A stretch of DNA of 64,000 nt from Guillardia theta CCMP2712. Taxonomy: Eukaryota > Protista > Cryptophyta. Under the pieces are notes generated by a model, which made no database searches, was not told where the DNA came from, and saw only the letters and a list, made by a program, of their open reading frames with translations. Shown piece by piece: positions 62,493 through 64,000 of the stretch. The position numbers and the translations under genes were made by a program. The DNA is taken from NCBI RefSeq assembly GCF_000315625.1, contig NW_005434656.1, positions 62,001-126,000 on the forward strand, given 5' to 3'. Each line of letters starts with the position of its first letter. The first letter of the stretch is position 1.

Positions 62493-63551
62493 ATGAAGAA
62501 CTTTTCTGCGACATACCTGTTGAGTTGTGCGTTGCTCTTCTTGGATTTGTCTTTAGCTTCGTCAAAAAAATCCAATCCTCTCTGCTTTGCATCGTTGAGC
62601 AGTCTGCCATGCCTCCACAGGCAAGACAGGGGTGTCCTCCAAACAAGGATGCATCTGCAAGGGCAACAAGGTGCTATAGCACGAAGGCGCGCGGTCCTGT
62701 TAACTGCAGCCTTTGCCATGCCGACTCTGTTTCTTCGTCCAGCCTCTGCTCTCACAGAGGCCGAAGAGTTTGAGAAGCTGCAGAGGAGAGCAGCAGAGCT
62801 GAGGGAGATCTTTGAGAGGTGAGCTACCTTTCATCCTCAGTGACGCTGATGCATCTTCTCAGTCAGAAGGCAGCAAACTCAAACTTGCCGACTTTGCAGG
62901 ACAGTGTAGCTAGAGACAAAGTTGCCAAGGGCCAAGTCAGCGGCAGTAAGCCCGAGGAGTCGAAGCTGCTGCCCTCGCCGAGCCTGACATCGGTGGACGT
63001 TGCAAAGCTGCTCATCGCTGCCATGCAGAAGAATGACAAGCCGGCGCCAGACAGCGGGTTAAAGGCAGTGTTGAGGTTCTCATCGGAGAAGAATCCAGTG
63101 AAGTCGATGCCAGAAGATCGCTTCTTCAACATGATGAAGAACTCCAAGTACAGGTCTCGCCTTTTCCAGACTTCTTGATTCTGATCTTACCTACCTTGGC
63201 AGCATCCTGCTAGCCGACGAGTACAGCTTCAGTGTTGCGAAGGCGGACGAGGGAGTTTCAAAGGATGACGGAGAGCCTTTTCAAGTTCTGGATGTGAAGA
63301 TAAAAGCTCCTTACAAGAAGATGCTGATGGTGAGCGCCATGGTTTCATTGCGAGGTTTCGCTCGAGTGAACTTTACATGGCAGAATGGCATGCAGTTCGA
63401 AGACTTTGAGAGCCTTGAGAATGACAAAGAGAATGTTCAAGTTTCGATGAAATGGCAATTCAGCAAGAGCAAAGAGAGCAATTGCTGGTTGAGCGATACT
63501 CTCTATGTGGTCAGCTCTTCAAAGAATGATGCCTGGAGGGCGCTTGTGTAA
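62493..63551 (+). CDS. Putative thylakoid-lumen protein (DUF4864-like domain), spliced
   Basis: Signal peptide, then twin-Arg ARRRAVLLTAAFAMPTLFLRPASA; AAMQKNDKPAPDSGLKAVLRFSS...RFFNMMKNSKYSILL...WLSD; three GT-AG introns. Confidence 0.7.
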
Positions 63552-63599
63552 CTTTACTGTACATGTTTCAATCGATTACAGCGCTTATATCTACTTTGA

Positions 63600-64000
63600 G
63601 TAAAGAGCGAAATATCGTAAGGAGGATTGGATAGCAATCAGATCGTAAGAAGGAGAGATGGTAGAGATATTCTCCGATAGCTCTTCATCTTTGCTGTGTT
63701 TTATTCAAACATTATCCAAGTCATACCAGACTCGATTCTGCACGTGTCAAGCTCATGGTTGTTTTGCAAGCTGCTGTAAGCCAGAGTCCATGAACGACTC
63801 AAAACATTGACTTATCTTCATTCTTCTTTCCCTTCAGTACATTCTTCATTCCCTTCCAGCAAGGCATCGGAAGGCTCATCCCCGATACCTACCGTCTCTT
63901 ATCATCAACATTTTTGGGTGAACTCTAAATATCAAGTTATCCAGATTGACAACTTCATTGAGACTGTGAGAGCCAAAAGCGTCCAAGTCCTGCAGACTTC
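63600..64000 (-). CDS. Probable 3' end of a minus-strand gene extending beyond the window
   Basis: Open frame SLQDLDAFGSHSLNEVVNLDNLIFRVHPKMLMIRD followed by a GT donor-like site. No domain is recognised. Confidence 0.3.

Overview
Intron-rich eukaryotic nuclear DNA, most likely a cryptophyte alga (Guillardia/Hanusia-like). This is inferred from ~45-55 nt GT-AG introns, low-complexity introns, signal-peptide+Phe plastid presequences and an LKGG-type presequence motif. About 20 genes are present. Recognisable ones are a giant LCCL + ~25x Fn3_assoc/CHB_HEX_C surface protein carrying a recent 2019-bp-period internal duplication, NAPE-PLD, a MAK/ICK kinase, a PDZ/coiled-coil protein, PHPT1, an IQ/ARM/C2 protein, a DUF2358+EF-hand plastid protein, an SNM1/Apollo-type beta-CASP nuclease, an FN3 protein, a SPRYD7-like protein, ELP5, an IQ-ankyrin-2xPDZ protein with a combinatorial repeat tail, and a head-to-head pair of putative thylakoid-lumen proteins. 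The most unusual structure is a head-to-tail array (3 copies, 3746-bp period) of a TPR-like gene whose junctions fall exactly in a 76-bp direct repeat. Intergenic DNA shows two recurring promoter-like sequence styles. No CRISPR, rRNA, tRNA or recognisable transposase/retroelement ORF was seen. All exon structures were read by eye.
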